In this document: positions 24,781-38,960 of the stretch, piece after piece | How positions within the stretch are numbered: position 1 is the stretch's first letter | How the letters are laid out: each line of letters opens with the position of its first letter | Source: Octopus sinensis | Taxonomy: Eukaryota | DNA length: 64,000 nucleotides | Reading direction: 5' to 3' | Assembly: GCF_006345805.1 (NCBI RefSeq) | Contig: NC_043006.1 | Coordinates: forward strand, 12,772,001-12,836,000 | The notes under the pieces: model-generated | Database searches by the model: none | The model's input: only the letters and a program-made list of their open reading frames with translations | What the model was told of the DNA's origin: nothing | Program-made: the position numbers and the translations under genes

Positions 24781-24944
24781 ATGTATGTATGTATATGTAG
24801 TATGTATGTATACACACACCACACACATATATAATATATGTATATACATACATACATACATACATACATGCATGCATGCATACATACATACATACATACA
24901 TACATACATACATACATACATACATACATACATACATACATACA

Positions 24945-24975
<31 letters not shown>
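24781..24975. repeat. (TACA)n/(TATG)n microsatellite
   Basis: Read directly from the sequence. Confidence 0.95.
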
Positions 24976-24977
<2 letters not shown>

Positions 24978-25659
24978 CGCAGAGTATTGATGACTAGTAT
25001 TCCTAAATTTCGAATGTTCTTTAATAATTTTTTCGCTATTAAGCTTTCATGATGTACACTTTTTAAGATATCTTATCGGTGGAAACCCTCACTCTACACC
25101 TAACCATATTAATATATCAGTGAAAATGTCTAAACTAAATAGAACTACACCTGCCTATAACCTAAGGGCCCTCAATTTATTTAGAACATGTTGATACATG
25201 ACTTACCTTCACAGCTGAGTATACAGAGCCACAGCATGTAAGAGGAAACGGTAAATATTTAATTTTCCCATTTACGTTTCAAAAGAGGCTACGATGGATG
25301 ACTAGCGGTTAGGTGGTTAACGGGAAAGCTGGAACGTCGGTTGTCGTATTTCATTGCATTTTCGAGGGCGGTGGTGATTTCCACAGCAATAGCTCAACAG
25401 GAGCAACAACAGGTGAAACAGTTTTTCAGCTGGAATAAATACTCTAATCCGTCTAAAATTTACTGGGATTTTCTGAGACGATTTTGCTTGTAATGAATAT
25501 GACGTAATAAACAGTAATATGTAAACGTCATAAAGTACAGATAAGAAATCGTAATAAGAAAAGTGCAAAGGAAATTCGGCAGTCTATGCAGTCGTTAGCA
25601 TTTGGCGTATAACAGGATACTACTGTTTGAAACAAACATGAAGATAGTAAACAATGGTG

Positions 25660-26044
25660 ATGGAAGCACTCCGTCGGTTACGACGACGAGGATTCCGGTT
25701 GATCCGAATCAACGGAACAGGCTGCTCGTGAAATTAACGTGTAAGTCGCTGAGCACTCCACAGACATGTGTACCCTTAACGTAGTTCTCGGGGATATTCA
25801 GCGTGACACAGAGAGTGACAAGGCCGGCCTTTGAAATACAGATACAACAAGAAACAGGAAGTAAGAGTGAGAGAAAGTTGTGGTGAAAGAGTACAGCAGG
25901 GATCACCACCACCCCCTGCCGGAGCCTCGTGGAGCTTTAGGTGTTTTCGCTCAATAAACACTCACAACGCCCGGTCTGGGAATCGAAACCGCGATCCTAC
26001 GACCGCCAGTCCGCTGCCGTAACCACTGGGCCATTGCGCCTCCA
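25660..26044 (-). mobile_element. tRNA-derived SINE family D
   Basis: Head TGGAGGCGCAATGGCCCAGTGGTTA..GGTTTCGATTCCC with A/B boxes; same head at 63559. Confidence 0.85.
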
Positions 26045-26741
26045 CTCAATGTAACTCACATACAATATACACTAAATATACAATGTCCAAAGGAAAAACT
26101 TCATTGCCACGGATGGAACGCCTTTGCTTTTAACTTTGCGTACTTTGATCTTTGCCCAGCACAATCTCCCTCTCTAAGACACTTAAATCGTATCCTCTTT
26201 CTGTAAACAATATCTGGGCTTCACTTGTATTAGAATTCTATTACGTGATGGTGGCATTTATGTAGAAGCCATTTTCTCCATAACTCACTTCTCTCTAATG
26301 GATGCCAGAGACACAAAGATTTCCAGAGATTGCTTTATGACGAACTTCCCTTTCTTCCTCTAGTTAATTTCTTCATTCTCTCTTTCTTCGAATTCTTCTT
26401 CTGGGTAGCAATTAAAAAAAATATTATCTCTTCTTGGATTGAGAATGTCTGTCTTGCATCTTGTCATATGAATTTCACTAACGTCATCATCTTTGTGACT
26501 ACATATCACACAACGCTTCTTTAGTCTTGGCGACAATCCTTGTCAAATAGATTGACCCCAGTAGTTTTCTTTTTTAAAACCTGGCACTTATTATGTCGGT
26601 GTCTTTTACCGAACCGTTAATTTGCGTGGACGTAAACACACCAACACCAGTTCTCAAGCGGTGGTGGGAAACAAATACAGACATAAAGACACATATAGAT
26701 ATGCATACATACAACTACACACACATACATATATACATATC

Positions 26742-26780
<39 letters not shown>

Positions 26781-27779
26781 TGACAAGAAATTATTTACAA
26801 AAAGGTAGTGTTCAAGTGAAATTAAAACAGAAACAAAACCCATTGATTAGGGGACAATCTTAGATTCGGGCCAACGTCTTTATATAAGCCCACGCGTCTA
26901 TACATTAATCATATACAAAAATATCGTGGTCTTCAACATATATGAACACCGAAGGTAAAAAATATATCTTTATATATAAAAAATACAAAAATATATAGAA
27001 GGACCTGTCTGGGAAAATGTATATAAAAATCTACTAAAATAGGTGGCTTTAAAGAATTATTAAAACTTACCAATCGACTAAAAAATTTTAGCCAATGATT
27101 AAAAATATATCAAAATAATCAGTTTTTAAAAATGAGACAATCTTTGGCAGATTAGCGTAAGAGAGTTCCAAAGAAGGGTGTGTTAAAATCCACACCTATG
27201 GCCATTTCGAGAGTTCAAGCGATGCCTTAAAACTTCAGATCAAAAAAGTTTCTTTAGCAAGTTTGTGTGAGATGTTTTTCTCGCCATTCTCAACCAAAAT
27301 ATTTCTGTGAACCGATTTGCTGATAAAGCTACTGGTGGTTGTTTTCCTTCAAACTTCCTTTGATCTTTTTTTTTTTATATTTCATTTTTTTTTGTTTCTT
27401 TTTTGTTTTTTCTTATGCACAACAAAACTCCTACCACCCCTCCTGATCACTGGCAATTACACACATTAGCCAAATGTGGAATTCTTTTGATTAATCGAAC
27501 TCAGTAATACTATCAGTGCCCTGGTGCTCGCCTTCTTTCACTAGTAGCAAACGTCCGTGTCAGAGCAGGTTCTTGCAGTCACTTTACCCACTAATGTCTC
27601 TAAACAACTTTAGTATATAGAGAATACCAAACGAGTTCCCTATTTATACCGTATTTATTACAACGAGTGGCTTGTAAACGTATCTAACGAGCGAAAGCGA
27701 ATAAACGACCATATTTTATTAACCCAATAACTAAATTCTTCACGTTTAGTTGTAACTTATGAATGACAAAAGTAGTGCC

Positions 27780-27992
27780 GTCACCGTGACCTCGGGTCAT
27801 CACCATGAATTGACCAATCAGAAGCAGCGCTGTCACCGTGACCTCGGGTCATCACCATGGATTGACCAATCAGAAGCAGCGCTGGCAGTATCTGACATAA
27901 GTTAGATACCAAAAATATCTCAAAGTGTTCTCACTCACATGTGTGTAATAAATTCTATTATGACGCACGATATTGGCTTCTTTCTGAGAACG
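27780..27992 (+). promoter_or_regulatory. Putative multi-CCAAT Pol II promoter with a possible short first exon
   Basis: 52-bp tandem duplication, each unit containing TGACCAATCAG. TGACG at 27961, reverse CCAAT at ~27972, donor-like G|GTAAGT at 27992/27993. Confidence 0.45.
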
Positions 27993-28640
27993 GTAAGTAC
28001 CACCAATTACACCAAATTACTCAAACAAATATTCTGCTAATGATTCCTTTCTCTCAAAGGGGCTGGAGATGACCATAGACAGCACGGTTCTTCATCATTT
28101 TCCATCTCTCTCCTTTTAGTACAGTTTCCTAAGTTCCAAAGCACCGTAAAAATTAGCTCTTCCATCTAACTCCCCATCTCTCTCTCTCTTCCCCTATCTC
28201 TCTTTGTCTCCCTTTCTATCAGCCTTGAGTACTTGATGGTAGCAAAGCTGTTGTGTGTCACATCGCAGTTATTAGATAAAGTAATTACTACATTGCTCGT
28301 TCAAAGTAAAACATGTGAGTTAGCAAACTCACATTGTTACGACCAACATCAAATAATCCACGCGAATTTGACCCGAAAGTTTCTGTCTATTTAAACGCAA
28401 TCAATGGAAAAAACTACAACGTGTATAACGCAATATTGTTATTACATTGACTAAAGGTGATGGATTGGTAGAATCATGAGAGTGACAGCCAGACGTACTG
28501 TACAGTGATCTAATTCGTTATGCTATTTACTCCCCGAGTCCATATCTTATATGGGGTCACTTCACATTTTGTACTTTGAAAGTCAGTAAAAAAATTAACA
28601 GACAAATAGTGGCCCGATGGTGTGTGTATATATATATACG

Positions 28641-28868
28641 TTTCTTTACTACCCACAAGGGGCTAAACATAGAGGGGACAAAAAAGGACAGACAAACGGA
28701 TTAAGTCGATTACATCGACCCCAGTGCGTAACTGGTGCTTAATTTATCGACCCCGAAAGGATGAAGGCAAAGTCGACCTCGGCGGAATTTGAACTCAGAA
28801 CGTAGCGACGGGCGAAATACTGCGAAGCACTTCGCCCGGCGTGCTAACGTCTCTGCCAGCTCGCCGCC
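28641..28868 (-). mobile_element. SINE family A
   Basis: Full-length, little-diverged copy. Confidence 0.9.
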
Positions 28869-28876
28869 TGTGTGTG

Positions 28877-28937
<61 letters not shown>

Positions 28938-28956
28938 ATGTGTGTGCGTGTATGTG

Positions 28957-28993
<37 letters not shown>

Positions 28994-29135
28994 ATGCGTA
29001 TAAATGGTTCAAGTCCTGCGCCTATTTTCAATATAAGGTGGGTTTAAGCCCAATACATTACAGGCTAATACTAACACCAGTATTTACTTTGAGATACAGC
29101 ATTGAAAAATATATGCATGTATAAAATATATATAT

Positions 29136-29167
<32 letters not shown>

Positions 29168-29966
29168 GCATATATATATAATATACACACATACATATGT
29201 ATAGTTACTTGTCCTGTTATACATGTATTTCCTTCGTTGTTTTAGTATTTAACTCTTGCTTTTGTGTTTCATGTTGTTTACTGTTGGTGACGTCCTGTAC
29301 CTATATATGCACGTATATATATGCACGTATATATATATACACACTTATGTATGTATGAATGTATGTATGCATATTTATGCACGTGCTCAAGAACACAACG
29401 CACCACCCGGTCTGGGAATTGAGACCACAATCTCTTGATCGTAGATACGGCATCCTAGCCACTAGGCTATGCACTCTTATTATATATACATATATACCTA
29501 TCTACATACCTGCATATCTACACACACAAATATATATATATACGTATATACATCTATATATATATATTATATTATATATATATATAATATATATAATATA
29601 TATATATAATATATATATATATATATAATATATATATATATATAATATTATATATATATATACATATATATATAATATATATATATATTATATATATAGT
29701 GTGTGTGTGGTGTGTGTGTGTGTACGCCAAAGGGAGGGGAAAAATCCGAGTTATCGATATCAATATATATATCAGTAATATACAGCGATTGCTTCAATCG
29801 AACTGTCCCTTAATTTTCTGCACGCTCTTCAGAATCATTTCCCTTGTGGTTTACACAAAGCGAAAGTAACCAGTGTGCTACTTGGCGAATGAAGAACGAC
29901 TGAATCGCAACTTTCACCTCATTTTTTTTTTCATTTGTTCTACCTTCAACAACAACAACAACATCA

Positions 29967-30010
<44 letters not shown>

Positions 30011-30375
30011 ATTATAGTTATATCGTTATGTATAGAAGGTAGAAATGTGAGTGAGAGGGAGAAGAAATCTCTTGCTATAGCACTAATTAATTGCTTTTGT
30101 ACTGTTAACCCATCTAAGATAAAGCCATATTGTATTTATACGTAACTTCCGGAAATCAACTGAAAAAGAAAAAAAAAGATGAAAGCAGTACAGGAATTAG
30201 TTCCATGCTGAAATGTCATCCAAGTAAATGAACAGTTTGATATTCCTTGTGGAAATGCCATGCCTTCTAGTATTAGAGTAAAGGCGAGGTGTACGAAGTT
30301 TAGTCTTTCTCCTTCTCTCTTTATATATATATATGTGTATGTATGCTTAATACATATATATATATATAATATATA

Positions 30376-30436
<61 letters not shown>

Positions 30437-30509
30437 ATATATATATATATATATAGATATATATATAGTATATATATATATATATATATATTATATACAT
30501 ATATATATG

Positions 30510-30586
<77 letters not shown>

Positions 30587-32637
30587 CATGTGTGTATCCG
30601 TGTGCGTGAGCATCTGTGTGAGTGTGTGTATGTATATGTGTATATGTGTGTGTGTGTGACTGTGTGTATGGTTTTGTATTTACGCATATATGTTTACATG
30701 TTTGTAAATACACATACACAGCATACATACCTTCATGTAAAATATAAATTCTGAGAAGAGACTAGCTTTGTGTAAGCTTAGAGAAAAAAACAGCAGGAGC
30801 GAGCGAGAAAGAAACAGAAAGATGGAGAGAGAGAGGAAAAGAGAGTAAAAAAAAAAAGAGAATGAAGCATGAGAGAGAGGAAGATATATGCAGGTGCGAT
30901 TGAAATCTGCTTTGTTGAATAATTTCTTTTGTATAAAAAGCTAGCCTACTGAATTTTGACACAACGAAAACAATAGGCTGTATTGTGAAACTACCGGTTC
31001 GGAAAACTGAGCTCTAAGAGATAATAGGCCGAGAAAACAGTCTCCTCACTTTCAGATAATTAACCAAAGTTGATTCCCAGGAAGTAATCTTTCCGCAAAA
31101 AAACATATGAAATGAAATATATAAACAAAAAATAAAACGAATTTAGTGTATTCGTTAACAAGAAAGTGAAGAAAATAAATAATATTGAACATAAAAATTA
31201 TCATAAAGCATTTGCTATTAAGGCAAAATATATACTTTGGAAGATTGACGTTATTCATTATTTTGAAGAAGAACAGAAATGAAATAATAAAATTAGGCAA
31301 GACTAAAGATAGATGGCTGTTTTTGGAAGATATAACTGTGTGGAGACTTTGAGAGAAGCAACATTGTCTTGAAAGATTACAATCATGTTGTCGATGTTGT
31401 TTGCGGAAGCTTTTTTTTTTTTACAAAGAATGGTATTAACAACAATCAAATCAATAAGTGTGTTTATCATGACAAATGTAGCACTAACAACTATATCTAG
31501 CTCGCAGCTATTTCCACATGGCTAAAGCAAATGATAATGGTAAGAAGAAAGAATAAATAAAAGAAACCGAAGATATAGAATACGTTAAATAAAAGAGAGA
31601 AAAATAAATCCAGATCTTAAACAAGAAACATATATATATATGCAATGGATCTACCAATAACGCATATTGTACGTGTGCATATTATCTGTTTCGTATACAA
31701 ATACACAAACACTCACAGAATCAAAACGCTCACCGAAACATCTGCATAAAGAAACAGAGCTTGGCAAATAAATCTATAGAACTGTGTTAGTATAGAAGAG
31801 ATTTAGGTGAAGTAGTGTGATTCGCAAAAAAAGTCGATTTCAAGATTTTTAATTGCAGCCTGATTTAAAATAATGTACTTCCTCTTGAAACACGAATTCA
31901 GTGTTATAAACATTATGATCCTCTAATATTCTTCCCGGCACAATTTGTCTATTAACCATAGATTAACAAACCACGTGTATCCATAGTTTCAATCAATTCC
32001 AATAACCCCTATCAAACACGAATCAATAATAACGAATTTGCGTATTCGATCGCTCTGCTTAAAATATCAACGAAATCCCCCTGAAATCATTTTCTAGCAT
32101 CCGAAGCATTTCCTCTTATTAAATGTTTTATTTCTATACGATACGGAAGTGACAATATAAATGCAGCGAAACATTAAAGATTCTCAAAGGTCACTCGCTC
32201 AAAGACATGATATATCATGGAATATATATAGTACCCGATATTAAATGATGCAGCAAAGCGGTGGCCAGGCAGAAGAGTTAGAACGTTCAACAAAATACCT
32301 TGAAGGATTTCCTCTGAGTCCGCCACTAAGGAAACTCGATTCAAACACTGGAGCAGAGATTAAGGACTAAGACTTGACTCAAATTTCTGTCCCTTCGCCG
32401 GAATCAGACACCATATTAAATGATCAAGCGTAAGAGCTAAACTCCTTCCCTAGTAGAATGAAGAGGTAACTGACCCCGGAACGGGAAAATACAAAGTTGT
32501 CAGCGGCCCTATTTGGAGTCAGAACGTAAAGAGAAGTTCTAAATACCGCAACGAATTTTGTATAATGCCTCGTTGATCTACCAATCATCGAATGTTAAAC
32601 ACACCATTTATACATACATACATACATCCATATACAA

Positions 32638-32668
<31 letters not shown>

Positions 32669-34978
32669 GATGTATGTATGTATGTATATAGATGCACACA
32701 TACGCATACACACACACCGCAAATTGCCACACGATAGTTATTCCGACTCTTTGTATTCTAATTTCATAATTCGTCGAGTCAAATTTTTTTCTCAGCCTTT
32801 CAACTGTATAAACTCCAAAAATTGGACTGGATAATTGATAGCGTTTTGTTTAATGTTCGAATCTCACCATGGCCCATTTGAGTGGAACTACAATCCGTCT
32901 CACAATTTCACACCTTCACCTGACACACTGGGGGCAGGGTGGATTTAGTGACGCTCACATGATGCAAATCCTCAGACCGAATCTCCAGTTTGAGGATACT
33001 TCTTTCCCTCCCCAAATCTGAGAGACACTTTTCTCTTGACAAAAATATTAAAAAAAAAGACATTAGACATCAGAATTATTATTAGGAGATCTATTTATTT
33101 TAACTTCAAAACATAATTATCATTTCCGAAATCCTCCTACGTTTTCCATTTGCATACATTATTTTTGTTAATTATTTGTATTATTTCCATTATTTGCATA
33201 AATTATTATATGAGTTTCTTCGCCAGGGAGTTAAAGCATTGAAGTTGCTTTAACATTTGAATGATATTAATGAATAATTAGCAAGGATGTAATTAGTTGT
33301 GTACACATAAATTTCGAAATCCTCTCGCCTCACTAAATTTATTTTAGATTCAATACTGTTAAATCTTACTTCTAACATTAAAAATATCTCTATCATGAGA
33401 CAGACCTTTATTGCCATAAATTTGCTGAAGGAGTGGAGATGTGTGAAGCATTTTGTATTCGTCACTTTTTCTTCATTTGCGCTATCACTTTTAATATGAA
33501 TGTTTTTAGAGAGAGAGAGAGGGGGAGAGAAAAAGGGGAAAATAATGTATTAGAAATGAGAAAATGTCTGAGTTCCTGTCTGTCTTGTTTTGTATTTTTT
33601 ACTTCCTGGATCTGGAGGAAGTGAGATTGCGCATAGTGTTCGCTCACCCTCGAAGGTCATTTTGATGGAGGCCATTAATGTTCCTATCGAATGTTGCTGG
33701 GCTGACAGAAATAGACGTCATTACAAACGTCATTGATCTGATGGCAGTGTCCTGCAAGTAGAGTATTACTTCACATATCGTCGGCGCTCCATGGTTTGGC
33801 TAAGGAGTTTTAGCTCAACTGGCTAAGCAAACTTGTGGCAATTCCCGACTTTAGAGTTTGATTAAACTGACTTTAGAGTTTGACTAATACTTAATTCTCT
33901 CAACCTTGAAATAATAAAATGTATCGTTTTTCCTAAGTAGAATTTTAATTGAGAGCGTAAAATCCAGCGGTATAAATACCACAAGGGACTTCTTTTCCGA
34001 TGCTCTAACGATTTTTACCAGTGCAACGCCGCCCTATTTAGAAATAAATAATCCATCGCTAATGACGTCATAGCTTTTGTATTAAGATTCTTGCAACAAA
34101 AGCTTTTAATATATGTAATCACTTGTTTACGTAGAACTATAGATCCCAAACAACTTAAAACTAATAACCTATTCAGAAGCATTCGATCGAACAGGGATTA
34201 ATAAGTAGGCAAAATTTAGGTCAAAGACAAAAGAATATCTATCATACAGCCAAGGGAGAATAAAGTGCTTTCTATCTCTCATTCATATTACTCACAGAAT
34301 CATAACTTCGTGGTCGTGATTCTAATAAAATAGACGTTCATCAAATACACAACAGCAATATCACAATGTACATCAGTAAATATGCCAGAATCTTTAAATA
34401 CATTACTTCAAATTAGCTATTAATTAATGCAGTGAAGATTAATTAATGTTTTTCTGCCCTGAATGTATAGATATGCAAATGAATATAATCGACGCCTGTT
34501 CGACGTTTCTTTCATCCTAAACCAAGCTGAAAGCAGATTTCATTGCCTGCAGGACGAATACGATTAGATATCTTCATGAGTCGGAAATAACCTGTGGAAA
34601 GTGAGCTGCTCTCGAATTCAAGTTGCAGAGAGAAACGTGTGGTTTAGCTATAAGGTCTATGTTATATGGCGGCAATGGGGACCGGGGGAACGTGTGTTTA
34701 TCAAGTATTTGTATATCAATTTATTCACAAAATTATTCTCGTTCATTTAGGAATTTAGTATTTTGCATCTACATACCTGCATGCATACACACGTGAATTG
34801 CACCTTATAGCAGGAGCAGCCGTAAGCTAATGGAGTGCGTGGCATAATGTCTTACTTCCTTGTCATTTATTTACTTTATTTTTTTTTACCGCTCAATGCT
34901 TCATTGAAGCTTTGTTCTTAAGCGTATGTATATTGATTTATAACACCCACGTAATTAGCATCGCCATACTTAAGCGAA

Positions 34979-35011
34979 ATGATGATGATGATGATGAGGA
35001 GGAGGAGGAGG

Positions 35012-35048
<37 letters not shown>

Positions 35049-35224
35049 CGACGATGATGATGGTGGTGATGACGACGACGTCGACGATGATGAGGAAGAT
35101 GATGATGGTGATGATGACGATGACAACGACGATGAGGAGGAAGACGATGATGATGATGATGATGATGATGATAATAATAATAATAATAATAATGATAATA
35201 ATAATAATGATAATAATAATAATG

Positions 35225-35267
<43 letters not shown>

Positions 35268-35293
35268 TGATAAAAATAATAATAATAATAATA

Positions 35294-35331
<38 letters not shown>

Positions 35332-35340
35332 GTGATAATA
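34979..35340. repeat. Compound (GAT/GAG/GAC)n to (AAT)n trinucleotide tract
   Basis: Read directly from the sequence. Confidence 0.95.
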
Positions 35341-35346
35341 ATAGCT

Positions 35347-35524
35347 CCACCTGCAAGGTCATGTGCAGTTTATCTTGATATGAGATCGCTATGTCGCGTA
35401 CATATGGTTGTGATGCATGTGCCTGGTGTACCCTTATCAGACGGGTAGTCATGATGGGTATATTGGGCTTCGTATATTTTACCCCAGTGTCACTTTGATG
35501 GCCTGCACTGCTCTCTCACTCAAT
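35347..35524 (+). mobile_element. Family E retroelement 3' end with (AAT)n tail
   Basis: Matches 38705-38884, 38079-38250 and the reverse strand of 51568-51953. Confidence 0.8.
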
Positions 35525-35525
35525 G

Positions 35526-35564
<39 letters not shown>

Positions 35565-35604
35565 TAATAATAATAATAATAATGATAATGATGATAATAA
35601 TAAT

Positions 35605-36164
35605 GGTAATCGGCAGCGCAATTGACCACGAACTGGATGATCAATCTTAAGAGTGAGCAAGTGTTTCCGCTGTGCCGCATCTGCAATAGAGCAGATAAAA
35701 ACCATTGCCCATATCACGAACGAATGCCCTAGACTTGCCCAAAACAACTGCAAATTGTGATGACACAACCAGGTTGCGCAAGTGCTACATTAGAAACTGT
35801 GCGAAAAGTGGGGGCTGGAGAGAGGCAAGGCGTAATATGAGCCCAAATCGCAGAGAGTGGCCGAGTCGGAGACTAACCACATCCTCTGGGATTTTCCAGT
35901 CCAAACAGATCCGGTGCTAGAGTATACTAGACCGGACCTAGTGGGGGTGGACAAAAAGCAGCACATAAGCTATATAGTTGATGTTGCATACCACTTTGAC
36001 CCACGAATAGTCAAGAAGGAAGGCGAAAAGGTAAATACATCCCTCCTAAGTACGAAATAGCCCGGCTATGGAAAATGAAGAAGGTGAAGATAGTGCCAAT
36101 TATTGTTGGGTCTTTGGGAACAGTATCAGAAGGTATCAAGAGGAATATAAAGGAAATTGGAATA
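35605..36164 (+). mobile_element. R4/Dong-type non-LTR retrotransposon C-terminus (CCHC finger plus restriction-like endonuclease), decayed
   Basis: PLCRICNRADKTIAHITNEC..HNQVAQVLH..ILWDFPVQTD..TRPDLVGVDKK..IVDVA..KKEGEK..YEIARLWKMKKVKIVPIIVGSLG. Confidence 0.9.
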
Positions 36165-36169
36165 TTTAT

Positions 36170-36612
36170 TTTTCTTTCTTTTTACCATTTAATAGCCACT
36201 TTCGCATCTATTTCTGAATAATTACAACTTTAGGACTTCAAGCTACATGGATTCACACAAGATTGCAACTAAAGAGTTACGGATATACTTCTATATCATC
36301 GGAAAGTTGAACTGTGAGCTGTTATGCCTTTTTTCTCCTCTTTCTGCATTTCCTTATTCCTTTACTCCTGTCCTCTGTGTCGTCATTTCATTGATCTTTA
36401 CCTTTCTCATTTTCGCTTGTCTCCGATGATGGAATATCCTATACCTTGGGATATCGCAGAAACAGCTGCAAGAATTTGAATTTTTCCAATAATAATAACG
36501 TATATGACTTGAGATATTTGTCTTGCTTTAACGTTTGTTGTCCTTTTCAACAATTATATATCTGCGTACCTGGTCGTTTAGATCACCTGTGAACTAAACC
36601 CCCATATTTTGT
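36170..36612 (+). mobile_element. Penelope pLTR-like element (family D) with a hammerhead-like motif at 36419-36473
   Basis: GTCT CCGATGA T GG..CA GAAAC AGCT GCA AGA; ends TAGATCACCTGTGAACTAAACCCCCATATTTTG next to (TA)n. Confidence 0.7.
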
Positions 36613-36637
36613 ATATATATATATATATATATTATAT

Positions 36638-36673
<36 letters not shown>

Positions 36674-36990
36674 GCATTCATATATTGGTATAGATTCAGG
36701 TCTGATAAATACTTTTGTTGTACAAAGCAAGACTCACCAGCATCCATTGCTGTATCATTACAAATATTTCCAACAATGATACGTACAAAAATCTACAAAT
36801 GAAATACCACAAACACAACGGATAAAGCAAAAATTACAATTACACATACACGTATGAATATATAAAGTTATGCACATATTTTGTGTTTACACTAATTATC
36901 ACGTGCTTCCGTATATTTGCCCCTTACACTATGAACAATCGTTAGCTTTTGCTCTGCTGTTTACAATATTTACATTGTATATATATATAT

Positions 36991-37372
36991 ACTCTTTTAC
37001 TCTTTTACTTGTTTCAGTCATCTGACTGCGGCCATGCTGGAGCACCGCCTTTAATCGAGCAACTCGACCCCGGGACTTATTCTTTTGTAAGCCCAGTACT
37101 TATTCTATCGGTCTCTTTTGCCGAACCGCTAAGTAACGGAGACATAAACACACTAGCATCGGTTGTCAAGCAATGCTATGGGGACAAACACAGACACACA
37201 AACACACACACGCATATATATATACATATATACGACGGGCTTCTTTCAGTTTCCGTCTACCAAATCCGAGGCTATAGTAGAAGACACTTGCCCAAGGTGC
37301 CACGCAGTGGGACTGAACCTGGGACCATGTGGTTTGTAAACAAGCTACTTACCACACAGCCACTCCTGCGCC
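36991..37372 (-). mobile_element. Composite SINE (tRNA-like head family B, microsatellite, family C tail)
   Basis: Head GGCGCAGGAGTGGCTGTGTGGT..GGTTCAGTCCC; tail GGCGGTGCTCCAGCATGGCCGCAGTC..GACTGAAAC. Confidence 0.88.
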
Positions 37373-37391
37373 TATATATATATATATATAT

Positions 37392-37429
<38 letters not shown>

Positions 37430-37467
37430 TATATATATATATGTATATATATATGTATGTATATATA

Positions 37468-37660
37468 GGGAGAGTTTACGAAGAAAACAAAAGACGAAGA
37501 CAGGTGGTGTACAAAACAAACAGATGTATTAGTATAACGCTCAGGAATAGAAAAAAGTCTTTTACGTTTCGAGCCTACGCTCTTCTACAGAAAGGGACAC
37601 AGAAAAAGAAATAAGGAGAGAAACAAGTGGAGAAAAAATGTGCGTAGTGGCTAACGATCT

Positions 37661-37665
<5 letters not shown>
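37468..37665 (-). mobile_element. ~200-bp hammerhead element family C in (TA)n; motif at 37559-37594
   Basis: CTTT CTGTAGA A GAGC GTAG GCTC GAAAC GTA AAAG; homologous to 58878-59095 and 17160-17350. Confidence 0.7.
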
Positions 37666-37698
<33 letters not shown>

Positions 37699-38078
37699 TA
37701 TGATCTCAACTGGTGTGGTAGCACAGCGCTGACGCCTTTGCAGTGAAAACGGACGTATCCATTGCATATGTAATCTGTAATAAATTCGCTCTCAAGAAAA
37801 TCAGTAATTCAATGACTGTCGGTTTTGAAGAACAACCCTGCTAAATAAGCTGAAAATTCAGGGACATGGCATACCGTATGAAATTCATAGAAAAATGTTA
37901 AAATCATTTCTTATTAAGGAGAAACAGAGCGTAGCATATGTGACAGAATAGAACACCGGCGCGAATACAACTAAAAGAAGTCAACATCAATATTTTATCA
38001 AGATTGACATGATCCAACATGTAGACAAGTTACAGAAATAATTCAAACAGCAGAGTTAGAAGCTAAAACTGCACACAC

Positions 38079-38257
38079 CCTGCAAGATCATGCGCTGTTT
38101 ATCTTGATATGAGATCACCATGTTGCGCACATATGGTTGGGATGCATGTGGCTGGTGTACCCTTGTCAGACGGGTAGTCATGATGGGTTTACGGGGCTTC
38201 GTATATTTTACCTCAGTGTCACTTTGATGGCATGCACTGCTCTCTCACTCAATAATG

Positions 38258-38301
<44 letters not shown>

Positions 38302-38302
38302 C

Positions 38303-38350
<48 letters not shown>

Positions 38351-38884
38351 TGGCACTCATGGCTTCTGATCTTAACTGATTGGAGGTGTTATCATGTACA
38401 TTGTTTTGTCTTGGTATAAAAGATGGGCTACAGCAAATATTCTGCTCAATACCACAGATTTGCTTGTCAGTTGTTTGACCTTAACCAGTTGAGCATGTCC
38501 CTTAGTGGCTGACGATATGTGCATCTCTGATCACGAGCAGAACTAGTGGGGGACCATCATAACCATGTGTTGAGAGGGATTCTTTGGGGTTTGAATGGTT
38601 CACCTCTGGAAACATGGTTGGTTCTTTCAACATCCTTAAACAACCCTTATTCAGGGACCGTTTGAGCAGGATGGGCTACTCAACCTGAAGAAAATTCTAA
38701 CTGGGCCCCACCTGCAAGGTCATGTGCTGTTTATCTTGATATGAGATCACCATGTCGCGCACATATGGTTGTGATGCATGTGCCTGGTGTACCTTTATCA
38801 GACGGGTAGTCATGATGGGTATATTGGGCTTCGTATATTTTACCCCAGTGTCACTTTGATGGCATGAACTGCTCTCTCACTCAA
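38079..38884 (+). mobile_element. Two tandem family E 3' ends separated by and ending in (AAT)n
   Basis: Copies at 38079-38250 and 38350-38884. Confidence 0.8.
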
Positions 38885-38888
38885 TAAT

Positions 38889-38933
<45 letters not shown>

Positions 38934-38960
38934 TAATAATAATAATAATAATAATAATAA

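Noticed and set aside
25980-26044. tRNA-like sequence with A/B boxes (also at 63559 and in SINE A/B heads)
   Set aside because: No complete cloverleaf; it continues into SINE bodies, so these are SINE heads and not tRNA genes
27130-27400. Possible L1/Tx1 C-terminal remnant on the minus strand
   Set aside because: Too degenerate to assign by eye
27780-27883. CRISPR-like appearance of direct repeats (also the SINE multimers)
   Set aside because: Units are contiguous with no unique spacers, the context is eukaryotic, and there are no cas genes
34912-35452. Acidic poly-D/E/N ORF and its antisense poly-H/Y ORF
   Set aside because: Compound trinucleotide microsatellite open in several frames
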